DNA from: Eledone cirrhosa
Lineage: Eukaryota
Direction of reading: 5' to 3'
Length of the DNA stretch: 64,000 nucleotides
NCBI GenBank assembly: GCA_964016885.1
Contig: OZ024740.1
Location: forward strand, 385,144,001 to 385,208,000
Shown: one piece after another, positions 14,254 to 26,388 of the stretch
Numbering within the stretch: position 1 is the first letter of the stretch
How the letters are laid out: each line of letters begins with the position of its first letter
Notes under the pieces: model-generated
What the model was told of the DNA's origin: nothing
Seen by the model: the letters and a program-made list of their open reading frames with translations, nothing else
Database searches by the model: none
Program-made: the position numbers and the translations under genes

Positions 14254-15533
14254 CTATCCAAGTGAAGTACACAGATCACGATAATTTATTTGTTTCCCTC
14301 TGTATTTTGTTTTTTGAGGGGGGAAGGAAGACAATTTTTTTCTTTTTTGGTTTATTTTTTTTTTATTTTTTCCTGATACCGTTTCCCACTCCTCGTCGTC
14401 ACAATCTGTCTCCAGTTGCGATAAGCCGGGGAGTGGAAAATCCTCCACATGCGTTGGTTTTGGTTGTGGCGTGGTGGATGGTGTAGGCGCTGGTGCTAGT
14501 TCTGGGGCTTTGGGTGGTGGTGGTGTTGGTTTTGCTACTGTTGCTGGGCTTGTTACTGCTACAGTTGCTTCTGTTGTTGCTGCTACAGTTGTTGCTGCTA
14601 TTTCTGCTGCTGGTGGTGTTGATGGTTGAGCCACTGGGGTGGGTAAGAGAGGTGGCCTCAACCTTTTAGCCTGAGGGCAGAAAGCCCTTAGGTGGGTTCC
14701 TTCACCACAAACGACACACCTAGGTCTTCTGCCCTCGACGAATGCGGTGAGGTGGCTGCCGTCAGTGAGGTCTATTACCTCTGGGATCTCCTCAATGCTT
14801 TTGTGGTCCGCTTGGATCAGGAGCTCCAGCCCAGATCCGGACCAGTTCTCCTGCTTTTCTTTTGCTATTTCTATTATTTTGGTGTTGGCCTCGATGCCGG
14901 CGAGGACGGCAGCCATTAGCCAGGGAATTTCGATGGCCGGTGGAACGTGGGTCACCCTGATCTTCACAAGTCTCTGGCCACAATAGCTTGGGATGAGTGT
15001 GAAGTCGTCACTTCTTAATGAGGCCATGGAGTGTTCTCTGGCCTGCTGTGGTGTTTCAAAGAACACGTCCACTGTTCCATACTTCTGCCCACGTCTGATG
15101 TGGCTTTTTTTTGCCCACACATGTCCCAAAGCTTTTTGGATTTGGGACTCAGATGCCCGTTCCACTCGGCGCGATTTTATGTTTATTGTCCGATAAGACA
15201 GGGTGCATAGGCGACGTTGCTCCATTTTATTAGGTGGGGGGGGGGCTGACCCTGTACCCATCTTTCTTTACCATTCCTTTGTCTTCGTCTAATTCTTCCT
15301 GAGTTACCTGGATCGCTTCGCACGTTTTTGGTGGTTGTCGCGGTGGTGGTGGTGGTGGCGGCTTTAACACCTGCAGTCATTGGTAATGGCGGGAAATGAA
15401 CGTCTGCCTGAGACAAATTTAAAATATTGCTACTGCTTACAATTTCAGTGTTGGCAAACGTAGCAATGTTTACAGTGGTGGTGTCGGTGTGAGGTGTTGG
15501 ATTGTGGGGAAGGAGTGAATCTGAGTCATCCAT
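14254..15533 (-). pseudogene. ORF1 of Tx1 copy B (frameshift near the poly-G at about 15240)
   Basis: 335 aa and 116 aa ORFs; CCHC knuckle CVVCGEGTHLRAFC. Confidence 0.82.
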
Positions 15534-15749
15534 TATTTTTCAAAGAAAACATTTTTGTTTGATAATTATAAAAAGTTTAAATTTTGGGCTCAAGGCCCCA
15601 ATATTTTTGAGTGTTCTTTTCAGAAATCAATGTATGTGCCCTTATATATAGTTAACAATAAACATTTTCCATATATGGCAATTTTAAATAACTGAAAATA
15701 ACAAACCTTTGCGGAGCTCACGATGATACGATTTACTACGTAGGTCGCC

Positions 15750-15833
<84 letters not shown>

Positions 15834-15883
15834 AAGAAGAAGAAGAAGAAGAAGACAACAACAACAACAACAACAACAACAAC
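15750..15883. repeat. Compound microsatellite (AAT)n(AAG)n(AAC)n
   Basis: Directly visible. Confidence 0.97.
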
Positions 15884-15884
15884 G

Positions 15885-17123
15885 ATACAGCTCATCTTGA
15901 GGAACAAACATGGGAAATTATAACAGTTTAGAAAATCGAGAAAATGGAAATCCCCAGAGAAAGACAAAATACAAATTTTTGGATAAATGCCTTCACAGAG
16001 TCTCATGAGCTGTTAGCCCAACTTTACAATGAAATGGTTAAGGAGCCAGAAAAGATACCATCATGGCTAGTTAACGGCATTACATTCCTACTTCCGAAGA
16101 ATGATGAGACAAACAATCCTAAAAATTACAGACTGATAACTTGTTTGACCACAATGTATAAATTTTAACATCAGTCGTAACTGAATATATATATGATCAC
16201 CTGATAACAAATGATCTATTTCCCAATGAGCAGAAAGAGTGTAAACGAGGCTCATATGGCTGTAAGGATCAGCTTTTGGTTAACAAATTGATACTGGAAG
16301 ATTGTCATAATAAACACAAAAATCTATCAATTGCTTGGATAGATTACAAAAAATCATTCGATAGTTTGCCACACAGTTGGATTGAAAAGTGTTTAGAAAT
16401 TTTCAAAATATCTCCCGTTGTCAGGAGGTTCCTGTCATTCAGTATGAAGACATGGAAAACGACACTCCTTTTGAATAGTGAAAAGAAATCACTGGAAGCT
16501 GGAGAAGTTAATATTAATTGTGGAATTGTTCATATAATTTCAATTTGCAGTCCTATAGCTCCAACCGAATAGCTAAACAGGCACGACAGAGCTGCACAAT
16601 ACATACATTGGATAATGTGTAAGCATTTTGACCTGCCCCATCAAAAGAATTGGTGGGAGCAAATGGACCTGATATAATACTGAAGGCCTTTAAAAAGAGG
16701 GTATGCCTGCTAATTGATATGTCCGTTCCAATAGACAAGAATGTATCTATAAAAACGTTTGAAAAATTGAGCAAGTATAAAGACCTGGAGATAGAAACTG
16801 AAAAAATGTGGAAGTTGAGAACTAAAACAATACTAGTGGTTGTAGGCGCTCTAGGAATGGTACCTAAAGGGTCTAATTATTACTTATCGCAAATCCCAGG
16901 AATCCCGCGTATAGGAGAAATACAAAAGATAGTACTAATGGGAACTGCCCATAGACTAAGGTAGATTCTGTCAATATAAGTACATCACAAGTCTAAACAC
17001 CTAAAGATGCATGTGTGTGTATGTATGTTCTTTCTTGAACATAGCGAACCTTGTGTCTCTTGAGGTCACTGGTTGTGACTTGGTGGTAATTCGTATGAAC
17101 ATAAAGCAAGATAAATGCACCTA
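15885..17123 (+). mobile_element. Internally deleted R4/Dong-like copy (same family as 29378-33245)
   Basis: Near-identical to the reverse complement of 29.4-31.8 kb; jumps from INCGI to the RHD region near 16528; ends in (AAT)n. Confidence 0.9.
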
Positions 17124-17134
17124 TAATAATAATA

Positions 17135-17445
17135 ATTGTTTCTAGTTTTGGCACAAGGCCAGCAATTACCCAGTACATTACTGGTACTTTATTTTATCGA
17201 CTTCGTAAGGATGAAAGGCAAAGTTAATAATAATGTAATCTGATATAGGCAAAAGGCCAGCAATTTTGGCGGTAGGGTTGAATATTCTATTAGAGCGATA
17301 AGAACGATGCCAGTATATGTGACTGATACATATTTGAATGGCCTAAAAAGAACGAAAGGTAAAGTCAACCTCAGCTGGATTTGAACGCAATTGTAGAGAA
17401 GCGTAACTAAGTACCGCATTGCATTCGATCTGTATCTCTACTGTT
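17135..17445 (-). mobile_element. Two SINE fragments
   Basis: ggcacaaggccagcaat..ctggtactttattttatcgac..gaaaggcaaagt motifs occur twice. Confidence 0.75.
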
Positions 17446-17449
17446 AATA

Positions 17450-19750
17450 ATAAGAGAGATTCTCTCCCACCCACTCTAAACGCGACTACTAAAACAGACA
17501 CAGATTATCAAGAGCGCTAATATTGCTGATATAAATGCAACTTTAGATCCCAATAGACTAAGTAACGTAATAAGATATATTCTTAAAACCAATTAAATAT
17601 CAGACATAAAGATGTAATTCTTCGAGAAAGAATACATAAAAAAAAAAACAAGGAACAAAATTCAAATAATGAAAACAAAACATTCTTACCATAATTACTG
17701 AGAATGTAAATTTTGAAGATAGACCCAGTACAAGCATAACAAACAAACAAAAAATAAGAAAACACAATACAATCAAAATTCAAGATACCTAGGGAATTAG
17801 AGAACTTGACTAACAAAAGTTTAACCAGAACTGCTCCAATAAAAATATGAATATGAGAAAGATTTATGAATGGAAAATTCTAAAAATTGAAATGATTAAT
17901 ATGACAATAATTTAAGATGAAAATAGTTAAATATTTAAAATCGATAGGTCTTTTACCTATGGACCAACAAAAGACCTTACAAATATAAAATTTAGCGTTA
18001 AAATAGCAACAACAATAAACAATCTCACAAATAACCATAGAAGACCATCAAATGTGAATATGAATTTAACAAGGAAATATATTCTGTAGCCTCAGTATTG
18101 GCAACGAAAATAGGTATTTCCTTTAAAAGAATCATATTGGAACATATAAGCACCTTTCAATCTTTAATTCGGTCAACACAAATTAAAACAAAAGAACGAC
18201 AGAAAAATACTACTGAAATACAACATAACAAAAGCACGTGTACCTGCAATTGAAGATTACATGAAACAACAATTCCTTATTAAATTGTAAACGAACACGT
18301 TAATATTAAAGCGACGGTATTTTTATTAACAAAGCAAATTGTTTAAACTCTAACTAGTATTAGTGCACCATGAACTGGGTTTAAAACAAAACAGTAACCA
18401 TCGCAGGGCACACAACAGGAGTAGAAGGTTTCAGGAAAGCATATTGGACGACAGCTGCATCACTGCAGATGATAATGTAAAAGACAAGCGTGGCACATGA
18501 ACAAGGTATAATAACAAACCAGTAAAGAGCTCGAATAGTGCAGAAAATGAACATAAGGAAAATTCTAGGAAATGAAAACTTCCAAAGGTCAAGTTAAACA
18601 GAAGTTGATACCAACATCATTTAACGATATACGTAAAAAGCCAGAAACTACATCTGAATAGCTAACCGAGAGAAAGAATATCACATCTTAATCCTCAAGA
18701 CTAATAAAACATCCAATTCTAAAACTAACGATCTGTATGTCAACAATATTCAAAGTCTTAACAGAAATATCTTAAAAACAGACAGTTCCAGAAAAACAGA
18801 AACGATATTGCAGAAGCTCATAATAATGTAAAAAATATATCTGTAAAGACTGTAGGAGAACGAAAGCATTTGATCGTATTCTGCACTCTTGAATTCAGGA
18901 CACAATAGCTATGAATAAAATGACGCCGCAAACAAGCAAGTACTTGTCATGAGTAGCACGAAAACTACTTTACAGACGCAAACAATAGTGAATTGAGAAA
19001 ACAAAACCAATCCTTATTAAACGGGGGATATAAAAATAGGGCTCTACTCCATTTCTTGCCTGGTGCTAACAATCTAGTTAAACTCGATAAAGATACAATC
19101 ATTTGATGACAATTAGCAACCTTACTTGCATGAAATTCAATTGGGAAACATTTGCCAAAGAAAATTTGGATGAGGACAATTTAAGAGAGTTATACCAAAT
19201 ATATATCTACAATTTGAATTTAATGAACTATTCCGAGTACAACATATACAACAGAAGGAAAATGTTATGAGGGAATATTATAGATAATTAAAATTAGGTA
19301 AACTTCCAACAATATGTAATAATTATCAATATTGTAAATGTGCCAATAGTAGGTTATAATTATAGTATTCTCAGCTAGTCGTTAAGTAAATTAGCAGAAC
19401 GGAAATGTAATGCCGGCTTAAGAAGATTATATTTACTACATATTCATTCAAATATGAGTCCAGAAAACTATCGTATATCTAAGAAATGATAAAAGGAAAT
19501 CGATACAAATTTAAATATATGAAATATTTCAAAAGTTATTTTCATGTTTTCAAGGAAATGAATAAATATATAACAAAAGCTGAGGTAACAGACAGCTGTG
19601 AGAATAAGGGTGAAACATCAACAAAAGTAACATCAGTAAAGTACTAAAATATGAATGGGCTACAAAATATCATCCTGAAACAAGAGAAAGACAATAAATG
19701 CATAGTAAAAATACAAAGCAGTAGTGGATAAAGGAAAAACTCAGCAATGG
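17450..19750 (+). mobile_element. Very old A-rich LINE relic (clade uncertain)
   Basis: Strong A skew on the plus strand and a KAFDRI-like remnant near 18864; no ORF. Confidence 0.3.
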
Positions 19751-19779
19751 TTGAGAAAATCAGGACTCAAAATCTGACA

Positions 19780-20430
19780 AACATATTGCTCGACGCCACC
19801 ATCCGACGCTGTATTGAATTGAATTTCAACTGCTGCAATGTTAATTTCGACAACGCCAGCTAGCAAAGGGCGAGACTACCCGTGAAATTCGGCGGCCTCA
19901 GCCTCCATGCTACATCTGACCTAGTGCTGCTGGCCTACTTATCCTCAATCTCCTCCAACCACACCCTCTTCAATGAGTTCCTCCGCAAAACGGTAGAACC
20001 AGGCGTGGACGATTGGATCGATGAAGGCCTCACCGTCCCCAAGTATGCAGATGTCCAACGCAACTGGGACAACATCAATTGCAGGTCAACCTTCAAGTGA
20101 ATCGAATTTTCCTTAAATCAATGCCGTCTCAACTGCTTCCCTTCTACCTCACATCAAAACAGTGGTACATAGTGCAATTCGGTGTCCTCTTCATCAACCG
20201 GTAATCTTCTTGAGATGAGTGCACATGCATCGGAGTGGTCAGCACCTCGGTCGCCATGTGTGTAAACCGTACAGATGCCGTCGTAGAGCCGTTGTTGATA
20301 AAATTCGTTTTGCACCTGTTATCCTGCCACCATAGCTTAGAATGATTCTCTGGACACGCTACTCTGAATGACATAATCTGGAGTCTCAACATGGACGGCA
20401 ACCCACCACAACTAAGCCAACTGGCTGCAG
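19780..20430 (+). mobile_element. CRE-like RLE non-LTR retrotransposon relic
   Basis: RLPVKFGGLSL..LAYLSS, then LHLLSC..HATLNDII remnants. Confidence 0.6.
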
Positions 20431-21639
20431 GAGGTCACAATTGAAACATACCACTCAGACTGCGGTGTAGAGTCTGTGGCTCCTACCCTTTCTTTCGTTG
20501 CTTAATTTCTTTTCCCTTTTTCTTCTCTTTCTTATCTATATTTTTCGTTTCTTTATTGCTATTCATATAATACAGTTTACACGAATAAAATATGTTGTCC
20601 TTTTAATAAGGTCGGGTATAAAGTAAATGCAGAAAATGTCATTGTCATAGCTTGGCTTCACTAACGTGGCTTTATGAAGGGACCTGCCCATGTCCATTGC
20701 AAGTTCGTATGTAGCTGATAAGATAAAATATGACGGTCAAACCAGGTCAGAGCGGCTACAAGGAGAATTCTATTCTGGGCTTGGTGTTGTGCAGCTTGTC
20801 TTCCCCTGACTCCTTTTGTCCACATCATCATACCTGCGAGCATTGTGTTCTTTTCGGTAGAATATGTAAAGGATGGGAAAAAAAACAATTAATCAATTTG
20901 TTTCACCACGTGATGTCTCAAACAATGACATCAGGATATGTGAATTTGCACAGGCAAGGAGATTAATGAAGTTTGAATAGCTATTATTGTCAAAGACAAT
21001 CAGAAAAAGAAATGTATCTTAATCAATGTATCAATTCCAATAGACGGTAGTGTATCTCTCAAAGAAATAAGGAAGCTATTCAATTATAAATACCTATCGA
21101 TAGAGATATCCGGAGTGTAAAGATTAAAAACAAAAACAATCCCCAATACTAAGACACGACTTGATAATTATAAAGATGCAAACAACTATATAAACAAAAT
21201 ACCAAGACTTCTTTCCTTCTTTCCTGTTTTCAATTGCTCTACCAGTTCATTTTTTCTTTGTGTGTGCGTGCGCGCGCGTTTGTGTGTGTGTGTGTTTGTG
21301 TGTGCGCGCGCGTTTGTGTGTTTGTGTGCATGTGTGTGTGCATGTGTGTGTGAAGAACTAAGAATTCCATGCAGTCCCTTGGAAAAATGGGTTCCTCCTC
21401 ACACTTTTGTTAGCATTCTCACAGAATGGATTCATTATTTTTACTTTTTTTTCGAAAATAATTTTCCGTTTTTTACCTTTCCCGCTGTCTCCAGCAATCT
21501 GCTACTTTCCTTCGTTTTCCATCTCCTCTTCATTGTGACAGATTCAGGTTGAAACAAAATTATCTTTTGTATAAGCAAAATTCATCTATTGCGAATTGCG
21601 CTTGCAAAGGACGAAGTCGGTTTTGCTCTTAAGTAATAA

Positions 21640-22640
21640 TAATTGTTTCTACTTTTGGCACAAGGCCAGCAAATACCCAGTACATTACTGGTACTTTATT
21701 TTATCGATACCGTAAGGATGAAAGGCAAAGTTAACCGCGCGATTTGAACTCAGAATGGCAAGGGCCGTAACTCTATGCGTCAAAGCATAGTGTCCGACCC
21801 TCTACCGATACTGCCAATCCATCGCCTTAAGTAATAATTGTTTCTACTTTTGGCACAAGGCCAGCAAATACCCAGTACATTACTGGTACTTTATTTTATC
21901 GACACCGTAAGGATGAAAGGCAAAGTTAACCTTGGCGGGATTTGAACTCAGAATGGCAAGGGCCGTAACTCTATGCGTCAAAGCATGGCGTCCGATCCTC
22001 TACCGATACTGCCAATCCACCGCCCTAGTAATAATAATTATTTCTACTTTAGGCACAAGGCCAGCAATTACCCAGTGCATTACTGGTACTTTATTTTATC
22101 GGCCCCGTAAGGATGAAAGGCAAAGTCAACCTCAGATCGTAAAGGGACGTAACTATGCTGGAAAGCATGGCGTCCGACCCTCTACCGATACTGCCAATCC
22201 ACCGCCCTAGTAATAATAATAATGGTTTCTTATATAGGCACAAGTCCAGCAATTTGGCGGGAGGGGAAGGTCGATTAAATCGACCCCAGTGCGTGACTGG
22301 TACTTTATTTTATCGACCCCGTAAGGATGAAGGGCAAAGTGAACCTCGGCGGGATTTGAACTCAGATCATTTAGGGCCGTAACTCTATGCTTCAAAGCAA
22401 GGTGTCCGACTCTCTACTGATACAGGCAATTAATGTTTCTCCTTATGGCACAATGCCAGCAATTAACCCCAGTGCATTACTGGTGCTTTATTTTATCGAC
22501 CCCGTAAGAATGAAAGGCAAAGCTAACTTCAGCGGGATTTGAAATCAGAACGTAAAGGGCCGTAACTACTCTATGCCACTAAGCGTATTGTAACTACTCT
22601 ATGCCACTCTACCGATACTGCCAATCTACTGCCCTATCTA
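21640..22640 (-). mobile_element. Head-to-tail array of five tRNA-derived SINEs with short AAT spacers
   Basis: Units start near 21640, 21836, 22038, 22223 and 22432; A box (tggcagtatcgg) and usually B box on the minus strand; shared core. Confidence 0.9.
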
Positions 22641-22659
22641 CCGGTAAGAATAATAATAA

Positions 22660-24460
22660 TGTTTTTCAAAGTATCTCAATGCAGACAGAAAGCATTCAAT
22701 ACAGACCAGAAATGTTTTACCAAGAGGTTAATGGTGATTTTTTAAAAGATGTTAATTCCAGACACAGAAGAAAGCAAGAAAATTTGGGGTGATAATTGGG
22801 GTGCAAAAATAGACTGCAATGCTGATGTAGGATGGCTAACTATCATCAAACAGGAAAGGTGAGATGTACCTTGCAAAACCCGGTTGTGAACACCATGCAA
22901 ATAGTGAATGCACTGTGTTGCAAAACTCTTGATTGGAAAGGACCTAGTCCAGATGGCGTCCAAGAGTATTGCTTTAGAATATTCAAATCCCTCCACATGA
23001 AGATAGCAGCAGAGTTACATGAACTGTTTAATAGTAAGAAACCAATACCAAGTTGGATGACCTATAGGAGAGTTATTCTTTGTTTGAACAATTCTGCAAA
23101 GGGAAATACAGTTAACAACTTTCGGCCAATACCATATCTTCCACTTATGTCGAAACAACGACAGGATTCTGTCTAAAGGCATGTATTGGTTTATGACTGC
23201 TGAGAGTGAGAGTATGCTTCAAGAACAAAAATGGTGCAACGGAGGCGCAGATGTTCTAAAGATCGGCTGCTAATTGATAAAGCAATACTGAAAGAGAAGA
23301 CATACAGACTTGGCTAAGGCGGGGATGGACTATCGAAAACCTTACGACCTTGTCCCACACAGCTGGATATTAGAGTGCCTAACGATGGTTGGAATTGTGG
23401 AGAATGTGACTACACTTAAAAAGAACTGAGCTCTGCCGAGACAGGGCTAGGAGAGATTAATATAAAAAGAGGATTTTTTTGAAGCCGATTGCCTATCACC
23501 TCTTTAGTTCATTGTAGTATGATACTTTATTCGTTGCTGCTGAGGAAAACTGAAATGGAAATACGAATAGTGTAGGAGACAGCTGAAGATCAATCATTTG
23601 CTGTTTATGGATGGTCTAAAGCTGTTTGGAAAAAGACAAAACCATATTGACTCATTAGATACGGTGGTCTACCTCTTCAGTAAATATATAGGAATGGAAT
23701 TTGGCATCAGGAAGTGTGGCTTATTAGAAATGAAGTGAAGCAAGCTGATTGAAACAGATGGGATAGAGCTTCCTGATGAGTACATAATAAAAGACATTGA
23801 TGAAAATGGCCATAAGTATTTGGGAGGATTTTGGAAATGGATCATAAAGGCGATTGAGCTGAAAGCATCATTTGAAAGTGACTACTACAGGATGGTAGGA
23901 GTGGTCCTGAAACAAAACTTGAATGGAAGGAACAAATTACAAGGACAGTTGCAGTTTTAAGACATAGAACAAGAATCCTCAGATAAACCTGAAAGAAATG
24001 GAATGCTGGAGCATCCAATGCAAGTAGTGTTGTAAATACTTTGTATAAACAAGAAACAATGGGGATGGAGGGCTTATTTCATGTAAGGGCTACGTAAGAA
24101 TCGAGAAAATGGACATGGTTGGTATATCAAAAACAGCAATGAGAGACAAGCTGGTATAATAGACTCAGAAAACTACCAGAGCAAAGAGCAGTTCAAACAG
24201 AGCATGACAGAAAGCAGGATACGAAAGTAGACTGAAAAAAGGATGTATGGCGAATTTATTAGAGATGTGGGAAAAGATAGCTCAGACGAAGAAAGGTGTT
24301 GGGTCTGGAGGATGAAACCAGACTTGAAGTTTGGAATTGAAGCTTTAATGTATGCAAACCAGGAGCAGGCATTACAAATTATGTGAAGTTCAACATTAGC
24401 TATACAGGAGAGTCTCTATTGTGCAGGTTGTGTGGAGTACAAGTAAAACAGTGACTCACG
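22660..24460 (+). mobile_element. Decayed R4/Dong-like LINE
   Basis: WKGPSPDGVQ, NNFRPI, DYRKPYD..PHSWI, INHLLFMDGLKLF, LCRLCG. Confidence 0.8.
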
Positions 24461-26368
24461 TAAAGCATGTTGTATATTGGTACAGCAATTCTCTATTACT
24501 TCGTATTGGTATTTACGACATAAAAGCAAATGAAGGTACAAACAGACCCTATCACGGCGGTGCTTGTATTCTATTTTCGTAAGGCTCTCACAACCACTTA
24601 CCCAGGGGGTTACATTTTCCACATTCTTTTCACAGAGACTGCACATCTGGGTGTCAGAAGTTTTGCAGATGATATACTTCACCGAATTGCTAACTATAGC
24701 TTGGTTTTGTGCTGCAATTGTAAGGCTTTCGGTGATATGCTTCAAATCACCTGGCTTACGATTTGTCCATGATGTTTTATCCTTGATATCCTGTGTAGTT
24801 TTTTTCAAATTGCCCGTGCATTCTCACTTATCTCTTTGGTTAAAGACTTCCTAACCAAACATTTCATCTGCATTTATACCTCTATCTTCTGCTGCATATT
24901 GCAACAATGCTTCGCCACTGTTCACCATATATTCTGCAAGCGTTCTCTTTTCACATCTTGTACAGTAATCCATACCGATGAGACCTCAACCACCATTCTT
25001 TCTCTTCCTGTACAATCTGTTTATATTTGCTTTGGGATGTAAAGCTCCATACAATTTCCTTAACTTTTCTATTTCTTCTTCAGTTCACTAGAGAGTGAAC
25101 GCACTGCGACTACCAGAGATTTATTGTAATGATTAGATTTTTTGCATTTAGGTTGAACTTCAAAATCGTTTTTGCGATTTTTAAATGTCTTTCTAATCTT
25201 TTCTTTCATTTTTGCATGTAAAATGTCATCCACTTCTAAACTCCTCATATACCTGTTTCTCCCGATGACAGCCTTAATCCAATGTAGGCTCTTTTTTCTA
25301 TCTTTTCGTATTGAGGATAGAGTATTTAGAGGCCCCACATTTCATACCGTGTCACAGCTACTTTTAATCAAAGAATCTATCTGGTTTACATACTTCCGAA
25401 ACAGTTTCAGGTCATCAGTAAACAGATTGGTCTTCCACTCTAGCATACTATTCTGAAGAAAATTTATGATGTTGTCAGCAATAACAAACATCTGCAGGCA
25501 TTCAACAATCTGAGAATGAGGCACTATATCATGTTTTCTTAAGGTCAATCCAGGCCAAAACATGTTGGTATGATGTTTTTATAAAATGCCTCAAAACTGT
25601 CTAATCGATCACCAGGTACCCTGAAATCTACTCTTACATCTGTTTTTGTTCCCTTGGTAATGTTCTATCCTGTAAAAGAAAAGTATGTACCTTCTACATA
25701 AACATTCCATTAAGGACCTTCCATATTATGTTCCGGCATACTATAGAACGATAGTTTCCCACAACATTTCCTTTACTTCTATTTGTTGTTATAAGCGTTG
25801 TTCTTCCCGTTACCATCCAAGAGGGAACTGGACCTCTCTGAACACAATTATTCAAATGAGTTGTCAGTCTTTCATGAACTGCATTGCATCTCTTCAACCA
25901 AAATCTATGGACCCCGTCTTGACTAGGGGCTTTTCAGTTTGGCATCTTGGCCACTTCATCATTCACATCAAATGTGCTTATTCTAAAGTCTCTCTGACTA
26001 ATTCTTCCACGGTACTCTGTCTTGATATTTTCTATCCACTCGGCATCCCTTCTATGCATCACAGTGTTTCCTCATATCCCATTACAGAACTCCTTGGCCT
26101 GGTCAGCATTAGGAACAGAATTCTTCCCATTCTCTCCTTCCAAAGTGTAGTAAAATTGTTTTCAATTATTTCGAATCATCTATTCTCCTTGAACTGCTTA
26201 TTTCTGTTAACATATCTTCTTATCTTCTCGCTTTTAGACAAAATCTTCTGTTTTAACTCTTCCATTACTGTATATAATCTAATTTTACACTTCTTCTCTA
26301 ATGTCACTGGGTCAGTCTTTTTTCCATTTTCCTCTAAACCATTGCTTACTTTTACTTGCCTTAACCAT
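24460..26368 (-). mobile_element. Decayed R4/Dong-like LINE, convergent with the previous copy
   Basis: CSLCEKNVENVT..GC..YKHRRD, VPHSQIVECL, LFTDDLKLF, VPSWMVTGRTTLI. Confidence 0.8.
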
Positions 26369-26388
26369 ATTATTATTATTATTATTAT

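Larger units (their letters stand above)
11291..15750 (-). mobile_element. Tx1/L1-like retrotransposon, copy B, with both termini, inserted in (AAT)n; endonuclease deleted
   Basis: ORF1 14254-15533; RT in 13001-13918 and 12047-12997 (AYEDDV); zinc finger in 11546-12013; AATAAA near 11297-11302 on the minus strand; (AAT)n on both flanks. Confidence 0.93.

Noticed and set aside
20620-20900. Possible transposase remnant or host exon (Cys-containing short frames)
   Set aside because: No continuous frame or diagnostic motif; needs a profile search.
21640-22640. CRISPR-like periodicity or tRNA genes
   Set aside because: Units are whole SINEs with no unique spacers and no cloverleaf.
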